The position numbers were made by a program, and so were the translations under genes. Below, one piece after another: positions 45,370 through 55,187 of a stretch of DNA of 64,000 nucleotides. Under the pieces are notes generated by a model that did not search any database, was not told where the DNA came from, and was given only the letters and a program-made list of their open reading frames with translations. The number at the start of each line of letters is the position of its first letter. Position 1 is the first letter of the stretch. Source of the DNA: a virus; the IMG/VR virus record IMGVR_UViG_640753022_000005, positions 874-64,873 of that record; one strand, written 5' to 3'.

Positions 45370-45545
45370 GCTGCATCGCCTCCCTCTGGTTTGTTGATGC
45401 CGAGCCTGTTTTCCAACTCCCGCCGCATTTCCTTTAAGCGCCGCTCGGTCTCGTGAACGTTGTTAAGCTGCCACTCGATAGCCTCAAGCATCTCTTTGTC
45501 CTTCTGGCGCTGCTGAGCTAATGCGATACTGGTTACTGTGCTCAT
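45366..45545 (-). CDS. Hypothetical 59-aa coiled-coil protein
   Basis: Manual translation [18 protein letters not shown]..; ATGA overlaps at both ends. Confidence 0.6.
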   Translation of the reverse strand: MSTVTSIALAQQRQKDKEMLEAIEWQLNNVHETERRLKEMRRELENRLGINKPEGGDAA

Positions 45546-45799
45546 ACTGGCTCCCCTACCATTGAATCGAGTTGTCGCCTTAGCATCTTGAGCGCGCCAT
45601 CAGGGAATGGCTGACGCGCCAAGCCGGTGAATATTCCCCTGACTTTCCGGTCGCTAAGCCGTGGCATTAAGGCGCTCACCGTTGCGCGGATAGCACCGTT
45701 AACCTTGCGTCCGTCTTTCTGCGCCAGCTTTGCGGCCAACTCGACGGTCACCAGGGCATCGAGATATTCCTCGCAAACCTCTCTGCTTATTTCGCTCAT
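45542..45799 (-). CDS. Hypothetical protein
   Basis: ATGA-coupled to ninG. Confidence 0.65.
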   Translation of the reverse strand: MSEISREVCEEYLDALVTVELAAKLAQKDGRKVNGAIRATVSALMPRLSDRKVRGIFTGLARQPFPDGALKMLRRQLDSMVGEPV

Positions 45800-46407
45800 G
45801 CGGCCTCCTCGCGCGAATTGCGCAGGTCTTTAAGCTTCTGCTGATACTCCGCCTTAATCGCTTTGCACTCTTCGATAGTCCAGCGGTGGCGATAGTGGTT
45901 AGATTCGACAGCCTCGACTGCTGACAGCCCGATACGCCGGATAAGCTCTGCCCGGTACGGCACGAGATTGCCGCTCTTGTGCTGATTGCACACGACGCAT
46001 TGCTTATGGATATTGCGTTCATCAAAGCGAAGCTGAGGTGCCGCAGCAGTTGTCCGGTAGTGACCGGCATCCCACTGAGCGGACGTGAAAGTTCCGCACG
46101 AGATGCATGGCAGGTCGCGGTCTCTTTCTCTGATGAAGGCGTTTACGGCTTGTTGGGCTTGTTTAATCCAGTAACTGCGGGGCTTTAAGGCGAGCTTTCG
46201 AATCTTGAGTCTGTCTTTCTGCTGCTGTTCTTCTCTTCGTCGTTTCTTCTCTGCTGCTTTGAGTGCTTTGTCTCGCTCCCTGTTTCGTCGCTCAAGCGCT
46301 ATCTTTGCGCCACACTCGGGCCCACACCACCACTGGTTAGCGAATGCCGGGTGGAACCACTCTCTGCACTCTTCGTTTTTACAGCGCCTGCGAGGTGATT
46401 TAGCCAT
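45796..46407 (-). CDS. ninG: NinG/Rap recombination endonuclease
   Basis: [28 protein letters not shown]. Confidence 0.9.
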   Translation of the reverse strand: MAKSPRRRCKNEECREWFHPAFANQWWCGPECGAKIALERRNRERDKALKAAEKKRRREEQQQKDRLKIRKLALKPRSYWIKQAQQAVNAFIRERDRDLPCISCGTFTSAQWDAGHYRTTAAAPQLRFDERNIHKQCVVCNQHKSGNLVPYRAELIRRIGLSAVEAVESNHYRHRWTIEECKAIKAEYQQKLKDLRNSREEAA

Positions 46408-46700
46408 TATGGTTCGCTCCAGTAATTCTCGATTGCAGCACCCATTCTTTGCATCCACTCAGCAAGCTTAAGAGCCGCTTCTCGCTCAGAACTACAGCGA
46501 GGGAAGTCCTTCATTTCCATTGACGCTTCAAAGTACGGGTAGCGAAGGTCTCCTTTAATGACCAATTCTTGGTTGAGAATTGAACCTCGCCGGCCATTGA
46601 ACCTTGTGCTTTTTGAGTAATGCTGCGTGAAATATCGAGTCTCTGTTGTCTGTGCATCACGGTCTTTTGTGAATGAGACCAATTCAGAAAAGTCACTCAT
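46407..46700 (-). CDS. Hypothetical nin-region protein
   Basis: TAATG coupling to ninG. Confidence 0.6.
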   Translation of the reverse strand: MSDFSELVSFTKDRDAQTTETRYFTQHYSKSTRFNGRRGSILNQELVIKGDLRYPYFEASMEMKDFPRCSSEREAALKLAEWMQRMGAAIENYWSEP

Positions 46701-46869
46701 CTTCATCCTCCGCCATAAAATGATTCGGATCACGATAGTAGATAGCCTGCGCTACGCACTCTTCGCAGCAGTGCGTCTCATCCGGCTCCAGTTGCTTGCT
46801 GCATCCTGCGCAGAGAGCTCTGGCTATGCTCTGATGCTCGTATGCTTGGGTTTGGATGGGGTTAAGCAT
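46693..46869 (-). CDS. ninF: NinF-like protein (58 aa)
   Basis: Manual translation YEHQSIARALCAGCSKQL..HCCEEC..DPN..EDEDE resembles lambda NinF. Confidence 0.75.
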   Translation of the reverse strand: MLNPIQTQAYEHQSIARALCAGCSKQLEPDETHCCEECVAQAIYYRDPNHFMAEDEDE

Positions 46870-47182
46870 GGTGGGCTGCCCGCGTTAAAAGGAAGACAAT
46901 CATTGCGGCGCGCAGAGGATTTTTGTCTTTATAGAGGTTGTCTATACCAACATCATTGGCAGTCCATCGCTCTGCTCCGCCATTTGAGATTGATATCTTA
47001 TTTTCGACAATAATCGGCCATGCGTCGGCGGGGTTGTTGCAGTAGTTCTTACGGCCTTTCAGTCTCCCCCTGTCATCGCGAAAAACCACGCTCCCATCTC
47101 CATTGATGAAGTAGGGGCTCCACCCTAACGTTTCGCCGACTCTTATTGTGATTTCTGTATCTTCTAACTGTGAATAGTCCAT
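46862..47182 (-). CDS. ninX: NinX (DUF2591) family protein
   Basis: MDYSQL..YCNNPADAWPII..NPLRAAMIVFL. Confidence 0.8.
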   Translation of the reverse strand: MDYSQLEDTEITIRVGETLGWSPYFINGDGSVVFRDDRGRLKGRKNYCNNPADAWPIIVENKISISNGGAERWTANDVGIDNLYKDKNPLRAAMIVFLLTRAAHHA

Positions 47183-47272
47183 CTTTCGCCTCTCGCTTTA
47201 ACTTGTAATAAGCCTTTTCCGCCCCGAGTATTGAGCTGAAATATCGATACCTTTGCCACGCGGTATGCAGTA

Positions 47273-47494
47273 TCAATGCAGCCTCGCTGTGTTTGTCTCT
47301 GCCGGCTCAATGGTGATAACCAGCTCTTTGTCTTCCAGTTGCCAGATAAGCCCTTTGTCCTCGTCACCTTCTGTCGCCTGCTCGACGAAGCCCATCAGGT
47401 AATTCATCAGGATATTCATGGCGTCCACGCCATCGCCCTGCATGTCTTCCATGAGGTCGGCAAAGCGCTCTGCGTACTCGTATTCATTGGTCAT
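47273..47494 (-). CDS. Hypothetical acidic protein
   Basis: 73 aa in the nin operon. Confidence 0.6.
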   Translation of the reverse strand: MTNEYEYAERFADLMEDMQGDGVDAMNILMNYLMGFVEQATEGDEDKGLIWQLEDKELVITIEPAETNTARLH

Positions 47495-47666
47495 GCTTCC
47501 TCCTGGCGCGCAGGCGTTCCCACATCACATCGTGAAGGTGAGAGGTATACGCGAAGGTTTTTATGTCGGACGGGGATACTTCTGGCTTTCGTTTCTTTCG
47601 GTGGGTAACGCGGTAGATGCAGTTTTCGCAGACTATGTCGGTGATACTTCGTCGCTGTCGCCTCAC
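47484..47666 (-). CDS. ninE: NinE-like protein
   Basis: [24 protein letters not shown] matches lambda NinE. Confidence 0.85.
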   Translation of the reverse strand: MRRQRRSITDIVCENCIYRVTHRKKRKPEVSPSDIKTFAYTSHLHDVMWERLRARRKHDQ

Positions 47667-48073
47667 ATATACCTCCTGTCAGTGAATCTGACGCCCTGAC
47701 CGGTCGCCCAGGCCACGGTGTACTCTATGAGGCTGGACATGCGCTTTACGCTCATCTCAGCGCTGCTCTCGCGGATATTTACGTATTCACCCTCAAGACC
47801 CGGCACAACCTCAGCCTCTTGCTTTGTCGCCACCGCGTGGCCGCTAATCAACAACACTTTCCACTGCTCCGGTCGAAGCCATTTACCACACCACTGAACC
47901 TGCGCAGCAATATCTGCCAGGAGCGCGTGAAATTTCGCGTTCTGGTCAAGGTTGCGCTTGTAGTCGGTGATTCTGATAGTGACCGGTCGGTCGGTGTTGA
48001 TGGGAGAGGAAAGGATGGTGTTTATTGCTGACTGCTGATGCTGCTTACTTCGAAGGAATATTGTCTGCTTCAT
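47663..48073 (-). CDS. ninB: NinB/Orf recombination protein
   Basis: [24 protein letters not shown]. Confidence 0.85.
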   Translation of the reverse strand: MKQTIFLRSKQHQQSAINTILSSPINTDRPVTIRITDYKRNLDQNAKFHALLADIAAQVQWCGKWLRPEQWKVLLISGHAVATKQEAEVVPGLEGEYVNIRESSAEMSVKRMSSLIEYTVAWATGQGVRFTDRRYM

Positions 48074-48305
48074 TGGCGACTCTCATGCTCAAAAGGACGT
48101 AGCCCGGCAGATATGAACCGACATCTGCCACATGAACCACCTCACGCTCGCAAGCTTCCCCGGTGTATTCGCCATTCCATTCACAGAGAACCAGAATGTC
48201 GCCGACCTGATAGTTGCGGTCGTTCTTGCGCAGCTCTGCTAACTTCACCCCCTCAAGCACAGGGATGAAATGCTCAGGCAGAATTTTCAGATGATGAAAC
48301 ATCAC
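48045..48305 (-). CDS. ASCH/PUA-like (DUF3850) protein
   Basis: HLKILPEHF..K.AELRKNDRNYQVGD. Confidence 0.8.
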   Translation of the reverse strand: MMFHHLKILPEHFIPVLEGVKLAELRKNDRNYQVGDILVLCEWNGEYTGEACEREVVHVADVGSYLPGYVLLSMRVANEADNIPSK

Positions 48306-48559
48306 TCCCCCTTAACCTTGATGCCGGCGGCGAGCACATGGTTTTCAACAGCTTCTAAAACAGCACCAATGCAGTCACTGCACGCGAATTTTTTAAGGGA
48401 TAACTCGCTTGGCAACTCAATCTCTACCGCTGCTCGGGATGCCTGCCATGATGACCAAGCGATCATTTTCATAACTTTTGCAGCTAATTCATTGCTGTTT
48501 TCTACTTCTTCTTGTTCACGGGAAAACCATTCCAAAAACTGCTCTCTACTCTTATCCAC
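48302..48559 (-). CDS. Hypothetical protein
   Basis: MDKSREQF.EW phage-type start; coupled genes. Confidence 0.6.
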   Translation of the reverse strand: MDKSREQFLEWFSREQEEVENSNELAAKVMKMIAWSSWQASRAAVEIELPSELSLKKFACSDCIGAVLEAVENHVLAAGIKVKGE

Positions 48560-48695
48560 GGCGCTTCTCCTCTTTAGCCAATACGAATGCGCTGCACAGA
48601 AGAATCAGCGCGTCAGTGAACATAAGTCCGTCCTGCTTAACGACGGCCGCGAACATGAAACACAGACCGATGAAGACCAGCATTATGATGCTCAT
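48552..48695 (-). CDS. 47-aa two-TM membrane peptide
   Basis: Manual translation MSIIMLVFIGLCFMFAAVVKQDGLMFTDALILLCSAFVLAKEEKRRG. Confidence 0.5.
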   Translation of the reverse strand: MSIIMLVFIGLCFMFAAVVKQDGLMFTDALILLCSAFVLAKEEKRRG

Positions 48696-48696
48696 A

Positions 48697-49167
48697 TCAG
48701 GCTCCGATTCGTGAGGTGATGAGTTTCGCAAACGGGCTTATCGGCGCAGTCTGGTTGATTGGCTTGCGCTCAGGTGCCGGATAATACTCGTAGCACCGCG
48801 TCTTGCGGCCATCTGATAACAATGCGCGAACCGATTTCCGTGTTAGTTCACCGTTCATCTCCAGCACCCGCATGGTGTTGATGCAGTACACAGGAGATAG
48901 CCCGGTGATTTCGCTGGCCTGAATCGCCGTAACGGCTCCATGTTCTTTTACGCAGGCGATAAGCTCGGCTCTGTGGTTAACAGAGTCGACCAGACGCCAG
49001 CGCTTGGGGTTCTGACTTGTTCCGGTAAGCTCTCCGTCGCGCTTCATGCGATTAAGTACGCTGCGCACAGCCTCAATCGTATTTCCTGTCCGGTCAGCTA
49101 TTTCTGTCGTGGTCATGACCTTCCCTGCCTGCATGATGGCGAGAATTTTGGCTCGTATCGTTTTCAT
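48697..49167 (-). CDS. Tandem winged-HTH protein (DUF977-like)
   Basis: MTTTEIADRTGNTIEAVRSVL and a second HTH. Confidence 0.65.
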   Translation of the reverse strand: MKTIRAKILAIMQAGKVMTTTEIADRTGNTIEAVRSVLNRMKRDGELTGTSQNPKRWRLVDSVNHRAELIACVKEHGAVTAIQASEITGLSPVYCINTMRVLEMNGELTRKSVRALLSDGRKTRCYEYYPAPERKPINQTAPISPFAKLITSRIGA

Positions 49168-49180
49168 GGGATTGCTCCGC

Positions 49181-49324
49181 TCAATACCTCGCGCGACTAA
49201 TGGCCTCAAGGGCTATTAGAAGGCTGGAATTGAGATATTGTTTAGTGAGTGTTTCGATGTCGATGAAGCGAGGAGTGCCGATGTAGGCTGATATTACCTG
49301 GATGTCGTCGAGGGTTATTTGCAT
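49181..49324 (-). CDS. Hypothetical 47-aa protein
   Basis: MQITLDDIQVISAYIGTPRF.. coupled to the upstream gene. Confidence 0.5.
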   Translation of the reverse strand: MQITLDDIQVISAYIGTPRFIDIETLTKQYLNSSLLIALEAISRARY

Positions 49325-50151
49325 GGCGGCTCGGGGAGCGGTTGCCAGTGCGACGGGGTCCACGACGCGCCCGGGATAAGCCACCCATTTTTTGCGTCTG
49401 GATGCCCGGGGACTCGCGTACCCCACTTCATTCTCCAGTCTCCTGGGCCATCAAACTCTGTGGCAACAAGTACGCCAGTATTTTCTGGCGGCATCCGCTC
49501 GCTGCATGGAATCCATCCATCCACATTTGAGCCCGGCATGTCTGGGCCTTTACGAATCGCCTTCGCCAGCTCCAGCGGGTCATCGTAAAGCCAGTCGCTC
49601 GTCTGTGGGTGATTGGCTTCTGCCAGTCGTGCAGCCCACTCCAGGCCGTCTTTATGACCCTGTAGGTAGCTAATCGGTACAACCGCCTTACCTGCCAGTG
49701 ATTCGAACTGCTGCGCGGTGGTGTCGGCTTGTGCCTGCTCGGCTTCCATCATTTGCTCATACTCAGCAATCTGTGGGTCATACGGCAGAGAGTCGTCATC
49801 AGTACCAGGCGCGGGCGGTGCGGTGCAGTCACAATCAATGAGAATCGGCTCTCCCCATGGATGCACCCCGCCGCTATCTGCTGAACCAGTGTTGCCACAT
49901 TTCGGGCATACAACCGGCTCCACAACTTTATTGCTTGATGGTTGCTTGACGGGTGCTTGATTGAGCATGGCGGCGCGGGCAATGGCTTCGCGGCAACGCC
50001 GGACGCAGGCCATCGTTTCAGCCTTGGATGCGTCACCGTATTTGTCGATAGCATACTGGACGTTGTATGCGATGATGTCTTCCAGCGCCGCCAGCAGCTC
50101 GTCACGCTGCAATGACAGCTTTTCTAAACGCTCATTGGTAATAGTGCTCAT
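49315..50151 (-). CDS. Mosaic Eaa/DUF551-type protein
   Basis: CPKC..C.C, GHKDGLEWAARLAEANHP, C-terminal WIPCSERMP..HWQPLPEPP. Confidence 0.7.
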   Translation of the reverse strand: MSTITNERLEKLSLQRDELLAALEDIIAYNVQYAIDKYGDASKAETMACVRRCREAIARAAMLNQAPVKQPSSNKVVEPVVCPKCGNTGSADSGGVHPWGEPILIDCDCTAPPAPGTDDDSLPYDPQIAEYEQMMEAEQAQADTTAQQFESLAGKAVVPISYLQGHKDGLEWAARLAEANHPQTSDWLYDDPLELAKAIRKGPDMPGSNVDGWIPCSERMPPENTGVLVATEFDGPGDWRMKWGTRVPGHPDAKNGWLIPGASWTPSHWQPLPEPPCK

Positions 50152-50153
50152 GG

Positions 50154-50378
50154 TTAATCCTCCGCACGCATGGCGTGGCCCGGTGCGTAACATTTAAGGT
50201 TGTCATTAGTGAAACGCCAGCCGCCTTTCTTTGCTTCCCTCAGGCAATCTCTGAACGTCTCTCCGCCGTACTCATCGAAGCCTATTCGCGTCGATGCCGC
50301 TTCAGGTTGCGATCGGTACTCTTCACAGGATTGGCAATCGCAATAAAGCTCCATTGAATATCCACTGACGACCATCAA
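50154..50378 (-). CDS. Small Cys-rich hypothetical protein
   Basis: LYCDCQSC..CY. Confidence 0.6.
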   Translation of the reverse strand: MMVVSGYSMELYCDCQSCEEYRSQPEAASTRIGFDEYGGETFRDCLREAKKGGWRFTNDNLKCYAPGHAMRAED

Positions 50379-51775
50379 AATCCCCCTTTCTTATTCGGTT
50401 TGCGTGCGCGCTCTTCCCTGCGGAAAAGCGCCTCTTGCTGGTCGATGTCGTAAAGAATGCCGTTGCGCTGCTCAACGTAAACGGTGCCTGTGCTGCCGTG
50501 GCGGTTGAGTCGCAAAAGCAGCTCCGTTTCTGCCGGATTAACCGTGTCGTCATCCTCATTCTCACGATAGATACCGAGCCAGTAATCACAGTCCTGCTCA
50601 ATCTGGCCGGTAGAGCGTGAGTCGCTCGGCTGCGGTCGCTTATTGGCGCGAGCCTCGGAACCACGGTTAAGCTGCGTCAGAAGCACGACAACGCAGTTAA
50701 GCTCTTTAGCCAGTATCTTGAGGCCTTTGGTGATGATGCCGTACGCCTGAGACTCGGTATCCGCCTTCTCGGCAGCCATGAGCGTCAGGTAGTCGACAAG
50801 TACCATTCCCACCTCGCCGCGCTCGCGCTTAATGCGGCGCGACTCGGAGACGATGTGAGCCAGAGACAGGCCCGGCGTGTCGTCAATGTAGAGGTTGTTG
50901 CTGTCGGCAATCTGCGTACCCATAGCGAGTGCCTGGGCGAACTGGTTTTCGTTGTATCCGTTCTGGTAAAACACATCCGACTTTACGCGGGAGTGTTGCG
51001 AGATGATTCTCTCAACCAGTTGCTCGGTCGGCATTTCGAGGCTGAATGCGAGGGTTGGCAGGTTTTCTACCAGTGCGCAGTGGATAGCCATTTTCTGGTA
51101 GACGGTGGTCTTGCCCATCTTCGGGCGCGCGCCGACAACGAAAAGAGATCCGCGTACGATTCGCTTGGGCTCCAGCATTTCGTCCAGCGCTTCAATCCCC
51201 GATGTCAGACCTACCGATGACGGGTTGCCTTCCAGTCGTTCACCGACCTGATAAGTCCATTTGTTGAATGCATCCCTGAACGTCATCAGGCCACGATGAT
51301 TTCCGGTCTTTGCTTTGTCATCGACCTTCATCGCCAGCGCCTGCACCGCTTCCAGCTTCTGCGCGGTCGTCATTCCTGAGCGCGAGTAGAGCACCTCAAG
51401 CATCTGCGTAGCCTGCTCGATTGCCATGCGCTCTGTCGATTTATCCTTCACGACATTGGCGTAGTGCATGACGTTAGCGGCGCTTGGCGTGTTGCGGGAA
51501 ATGTCTGCCAGATAAGCAAAGCCTCCTACCTGTTCAAGCTCTCCCTGCATTTCCAGAGCGTCTGAAAGCGTCAGCATATCCAGCGCTTTGCCTTTGGCGT
51601 TCAGCCCCTGCAACGCTGCGAAGATTCTGCCGTGCTGCCTGCTGTAGAACATGTCCGCATTCAGGAAGCCGAGCACCTTCTGGACGTTGTCGCTGTCCGG
51701 GGCGACCATCACTGAGCCGAGAACGGCCTGTTCAGCCTCGTAGTTGCTCGGCGGGGTTTTGTAATCAGAGGTCAT
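50375..51775 (-). CDS. Phage DnaB-like replicative helicase
   Basis: GARPKMGKTT, FSLEM, VDYLTL, LTQLNR, IEQDCD. Confidence 0.95.
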   Translation of the reverse strand: MTSDYKTPPSNYEAEQAVLGSVMVAPDSDNVQKVLGFLNADMFYSRQHGRIFAALQGLNAKGKALDMLTLSDALEMQGELEQVGGFAYLADISRNTPSAANVMHYANVVKDKSTERMAIEQATQMLEVLYSRSGMTTAQKLEAVQALAMKVDDKAKTGNHRGLMTFRDAFNKWTYQVGERLEGNPSSVGLTSGIEALDEMLEPKRIVRGSLFVVGARPKMGKTTVYQKMAIHCALVENLPTLAFSLEMPTEQLVERIISQHSRVKSDVFYQNGYNENQFAQALAMGTQIADSNNLYIDDTPGLSLAHIVSESRRIKRERGEVGMVLVDYLTLMAAEKADTESQAYGIITKGLKILAKELNCVVVLLTQLNRGSEARANKRPQPSDSRSTGQIEQDCDYWLGIYRENEDDDTVNPAETELLLRLNRHGSTGTVYVEQRNGILYDIDQQEALFRREERARKPNKKGGF

Positions 51776-52661
51776 CGCAGGCCCCCTCTCGCGTCTTTGC
51801 GTACACATCGACGTTCAGGAAGAACTCAATCGACTTTTTCCTCCAGGTCTTGCCGGTGCGGTGGTCTGGTCTGTTTTCCAGCATCCAGCGGCAGTTGGTG
51901 GCGATGTAGTTCAGATAGACTTCCCAGTCATTCAGGGTGAACGGATGTCCGTCCAGCTGCCGGGTAACTTTGCTGGCTTTCTGCCAGAAGGTGCGGATCA
52001 GGTTTCTTCGCTTGTCAGTCAGGATGTTTATCCCCTGAGCTTCAGGTAGAACCCGGCGATAAACATCGACCACCTGCTCGCAGCTGAGAGTCGGTTTTTT
52101 CTGTTCTGGATTTTCTGAGGAAGATGCACTCTCTCTTACGTTAGTAAGAGAGTTATTATTTATATTATTGTTTATGGACAAACGTTGGACATCTCTTGGA
52201 CAAACATCGCTGAGAGCCGCATTTTTACTGGTGTTTGCGTTGGATAAGTCTTGGACATTCGTTGGACAATTTTGAGCCTGAAAATCGTCATATTTTACGA
52301 TGGTGATGAGGCTGAATTTCTTCTGCATCGACGTGACGGTAATCATCCCTTTAGCCTCAAAACTGCGCAGGAGGCTTTTCACTTTGTTGTCGGGAATGAA
52401 CGTTTCGCTGACCAGTGTCGGGCGACCTGTAATCATCTGCCCGCGCTCAACGGTAACCGGTCCAATATCGGTGTTTACGACGGCATCCTCGTGATTTGCC
52501 TTGAGGATGAGATGCACCCAAAGATGCACGGCCTGAGAGTCCTTGTAGAGTCGGCTATCCATAAACTGGCGGTGTATAGAGACAAACCCCATACCGGCTG
52601 CCTCCTGCTGGTTTACGCGGCGTTCTTGCTGCCGGTAGTCTGCTAATTTAACGACGCCCAT
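51765..52661 (-). CDS. Replication initiator (O-like)
   Basis: GFVSIHRQFMD N-terminus; internal iterons; upstream of the helicase. Confidence 0.85.
   Translation of the reverse strand: MGVVKLADYRQQERRVNQQEAAGMGFVSIHRQFMDSRLYKDSQAVHLWVHLILKANHEDAVVNTDIGPVTVERGQMITGRPTLVSETFIPDNKVKSLLRSFEAKGMITVTSMQKKFSLITIVKYDDFQAQNCPTNVQDLSNANTSKNAALSDVCPRDVQRLSINNNINNNSLTNVRESASSSENPEQKKPTLSCEQVVDVYRRVLPEAQGINILTDKRRNLIRTFWQKASKVTRQLDGHPFTLNDWEVYLNYIATNCRWMLENRPDHRTGKTWRKKSIEFFLNVDVYAKTREGACDDL
52141..52268. repeat. Prophage origin: 6 TGGA(C/T)A iterons plus AT-rich tract
   Basis: Copies at 52175, 52186, 52197, 52241, 52252, 52263 (11-bp phase) beside AT-rich 52141-52174. Confidence 0.8.
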
Positions 52662-52806
52662 TCTTCACTCCTGCCTTAGCCAGTCGATAAACACCAATGA
52701 ACCGTTCAGCGAACGATCTGTTATTGGCTGCCGCTACAACCAACCCGTCAGGTGATTCAGGGTGCCGAATCTCTTCTTTTTCCTGGTACTTCCTGCGTTT
52801 TCGCAT
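52648..52806 (-). CDS. Hypothetical 52-aa protein between cII and O
   Basis: Manual translation MRKRRKYQEKEEIRHPESPDG..; GGAG RBS. Confidence 0.6.
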   Translation of the reverse strand: MRKRRKYQEKEEIRHPESPDGLVVAAANNRSFAERFIGVYRLAKAGVKNGRR

Positions 52807-52847
52807 TAAAATGTCTCCTGTTGATTGTGTTGGCGTAACACAGTTGC

Positions 52848-53126
52848 TCAGGCCCTAAACGAGTTACCGCTCGTTTGGGGCTTTTCATTTTTGAGTATCT
52901 TCGCTACCTGCTCAGCAAGGCGGGCCATCTCGTCATCCACGACTCCCCATTCCAGCACTGCAAGTAACATCGAAAACTTCGGTATCCAGTCGCGTTTCCA
53001 CCGACTGATTTGCGCTTTATCGACACCGACAGCTGCTGCTGTTTTCTCTGTGCCAATCATTGCGATCTTGTTAAGCAAGGCGCTCTCAATGCGTAACGCC
53101 TCGTTGCGTTTATTTGCGTGTTCCAT
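52848..53126 (-). CDS. cII: CII activator
   Basis: Nearly identical to lambda CII (ANKRNEALRIESALLNKIAM..ISRWKRDWIPKFSMLLAVLEWGV). Confidence 0.95.
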   Translation of the reverse strand: MEHANKRNEALRIESALLNKIAMIGTEKTAAAVGVDKAQISRWKRDWIPKFSMLLAVLEWGVVDDEMARLAEQVAKILKNEKPQTSGNSFRA

Positions 53127-53136
53127 TCGGTATTCT
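53104..53136 (+). promoter_or_regulatory. pRE (CII-dependent promoter)
   Basis: TTGC-GTTTAT-TTGC, then 13 bp and TATTCT. Confidence 0.8.
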
Positions 53137-53195
53137 TCCTTTGTTGTTTAGATAGATACGTGCGCAGACCGTGGGGTCTGCCACTTAAATGAGTT

Positions 53196-53231
53196 ACCGC
53201 GTTGTCGGCGGTTCAGATTTGTTAAAGAGCG
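53196..53231 (-). promoter_or_regulatory. nutR (boxA + P22-type boxB)
   Basis: CGCTCTTTAAC then ACCGCCGACAACGCGGT on the minus strand. Confidence 0.85.
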
Positions 53232-53239
53232 GGTACTGC

Positions 53240-53455
53240 TTAGGCGGCGTTCAATTCAGGAGGAAATACATCGTCCAGTTGAACTTTCGCCCCAAAACTA
53301 TTGAGTGCTTCAACGAGCGAACGGCACATTTTTAAATCCGGATGTCGCCGCCCTGATTCGTAATGTCCAATCGCTCCCTGAGTGCACCCAACCTTTTCAG
53401 CCAGTGCGGCTTGGGAGACCTTCATGGTTTCCCGGATTTTCCGAAGATTGCTCAT
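53240..53455 (-). CDS. cro: Cro-like repressor
   Basis: SQAALAEKVGCTQGAIGHYESGRR HTH; divergent from cI. Confidence 0.9.
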   Translation of the reverse strand: MSNLRKIRETMKVSQAALAEKVGCTQGAIGHYESGRRHPDLKMCRSLVEALNSFGAKVQLDDVFPPELNAA

Positions 53456-53488
53456 CGGTTATCTCCTCAGGATGGTACATGCATCAAT

Positions 53489-53563
53489 AATACATTCCGT
53501 ACTGATGGAACGCAAGAGGATTAATACATTTTGTGCGTTGTCACTGTCAATACAAGTCGTAAT
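53489..53563. promoter_or_regulatory. OR operator region (3 sites, consensus AATACA-N3-TGTATT) with pR/pRM
   Basis: Sites at 53489, 53523, 53549; AATAAT at 53561 lies 6 bp before the cI ATG (leaderless mRNA likely). Confidence 0.7.
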
Positions 53564-53572
53564 AATCGGCGT

Positions 53573-54235
53573 ATGAAAACACCGTGGAATGAACTGGCAA
53601 AAGCCAGGATGAAACAGATTGGCCTCACGCAGGACAAACTTGCTGAAGCTCTGGGTAAAACTCAGGGTGCGATAGGTCATTGGCTGAATGGCCGCCGCGA
53701 GCCAAGCATTGAAGATATAGCGGCAATCATGAAGCAGCTCGGACTGAAGGAGCTGGTTCTGAGCTCTGACGGTATGGTTGATTACCCGAGTGACGATCTG
53801 GCCAACGTTTCCAATCCACGCCCTCATACGGAAGTAAGGAGATTCCCGCTGATTAGTTGGGTGAGCGCAGGAAATTGGTGCGAGGCTGTGGAGCCATATC
53901 AGCTTCAGGAAGTAGAGGTATGGCCGGAAACAACATCTCATGCCAGCGAGCGATCGTTCTGGTTGACGGTAAGAGGCGACTCGATGACAGCGCCGTCAGG
54001 ACTCAGCATTCCAGAAGGAATGCAGATACTGGTAGACCCGGCCATTGAGGCAACGAGCGGTCGACTGGTGGTGGCAAAGCTGGACTCTGAGAACGAGGCG
54101 ACATTTAAGAAGTACATCGTCGACGCCGGACAAAAGTACCTGAAACCACTTAACCCCAGCTATCACATGATCCCCATCGACGGTAACTGCCGAATAATTG
54201 GCGTCGTCATCGAAGCCAAATGGCAAGGCCTCTAA
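53573..54235 (+). CDS. cI: CI repressor (HTH + S24 autopeptidase)
   Basis: TQDKLAEALGKTQGAIGHWL; VSAG cleavage site, GDSM, ATFKK. Confidence 0.95.
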   Translation: MKTPWNELAKARMKQIGLTQDKLAEALGKTQGAIGHWLNGRREPSIEDIAAIMKQLGLKELVLSSDGMVDYPSDDLANVSNPRPHTEVRRFPLISWVSAGNWCEAVEPYQLQEVEVWPETTSHASERSFWLTVRGDSMTAPSGLSIPEGMQILVDPAIEATSGRLVVAKLDSENEATFKKYIVDAGQKYLKPLNPSYHMIPIDGNCRIIGVVIEAKWQGL

Positions 54236-54243
54236 AATTCCCC

Positions 54244-54265
54244 AACCCGCTACGGCGGGTTTTTT
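54244..54265 (+). terminator. cI terminator
   Basis: AACCCGC-TACG-GCGGGTT-TTTT. Confidence 0.8.
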
Positions 54266-54297
54266 AATACCCGCAAAAACTATTTTCCAATATAAAA

Positions 54298-54369
54298 CAT
54301 ACACTTCGTGTTTTTAAGCCATTTTTAAGTACATTTTGTATTGACGATATTCAGTACGTTTTGTATTGT
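54298..54369 (+). promoter_or_regulatory. OL operators and pL
   Basis: Operator sites at 54298, 54328, 54353; TTGACG-17bp-TATTGT. Confidence 0.8.
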
Positions 54370-54415
54370 TAGGCCATCAGCAGGACGCTGGTAGCCAAAC
54401 GGAACAGATTGGCAT

Positions 54416-54450
54416 CGCTCTTTAACTTCGACGGTGCGCTGACAAAGCGC
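54416..54450 (+). promoter_or_regulatory. nutL (boxA + P22-type boxB)
   Basis: CGCTCTTTAAC then GCGCTGACAAAGCGC. Confidence 0.85.
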
Positions 54451-54645
54451 GAACAGATACCAACTGAAATGGGTTTGGGGTGTGGCAGGTTGCGCGATAT
54501 GAGATGCGAGCAATACCACCTTAGGCAGTATGAGTCTGCATGCCGATTTGGCAAACGGATGCAAGCCAGCCTCACCAAGCCGCTGGAGTACGGAATAGCA
54601 ACAGACCTGCACACCACCAAAGCCATTTCACACGAGGAATGCATC

Positions 54646-54834
54646 ATGACAAAAAGCCAATTCCAATCTTGCCGAAGCATGTACCGGTCAATGATGAAAG
54701 TACTTGAATCAAGCTGGGATGCTCAGCAGCAATTGAGGGCCATGCAGCCGTTGATGTGCCAATGCGAGCCAGCAGGAGATTTGCCAGTATCCGTTAAAGT
54801 CTGGTGCCACAAAATTATCGCTGATCACAAATAG
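54646..54834 (+). CDS. Hypothetical 62-aa protein preceding N
   Basis: GAGG RBS before MTKSQF. Confidence 0.55.
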   Translation: MTKSQFQSCRSMYRSMMKVLESSWDAQQQLRAMQPLMCQCEPAGDLPVSVKVWCHKIIADHK

Positions 54835-54846
54835 AAGGATTGTTTC

Positions 54847-55179
54847 ATGACGGTTATCCAATACGGTTCTTCAGTATCAGCTGGTAACGCTAAAACTCGC
54901 CGTCATGAGCGGCGCAGAAAGCTCGCTATCGAGCGTGACGCTATCGGCAATATCATCGACTCCATTTTAGGTTGCGAGGCTCCTGACGCTTCTCATGAAG
55001 AATCACGCAAGCATGCAAGCCGCGTTGACCGAGCCACTTCGCTCGTAGCTCTCCGCGACAAGAAGCCGGAAGTAACCGAACGCAAGCGTAACCCGGCCAA
55101 TCGCAAGCCGGTTAACCACCCTACCCACTTGATTAACGCGCACCAGAAAATGCGCGGCAAATCGATTCCATTAATTTGA
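54847..55179 (+). CDS. N: N antitermination protein (P22-type)
   Basis: Arginine-rich motif NAKTRRHERRRKLAIER. Confidence 0.9.
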   Translation: MTVIQYGSSVSAGNAKTRRHERRRKLAIERDAIGNIIDSILGCEAPDASHEESRKHASRVDRATSLVALRDKKPEVTERKRNPANRKPVNHPTHLINAHQKMRGKSIPLI

Positions 55180-55187
55180 GGTGAGAT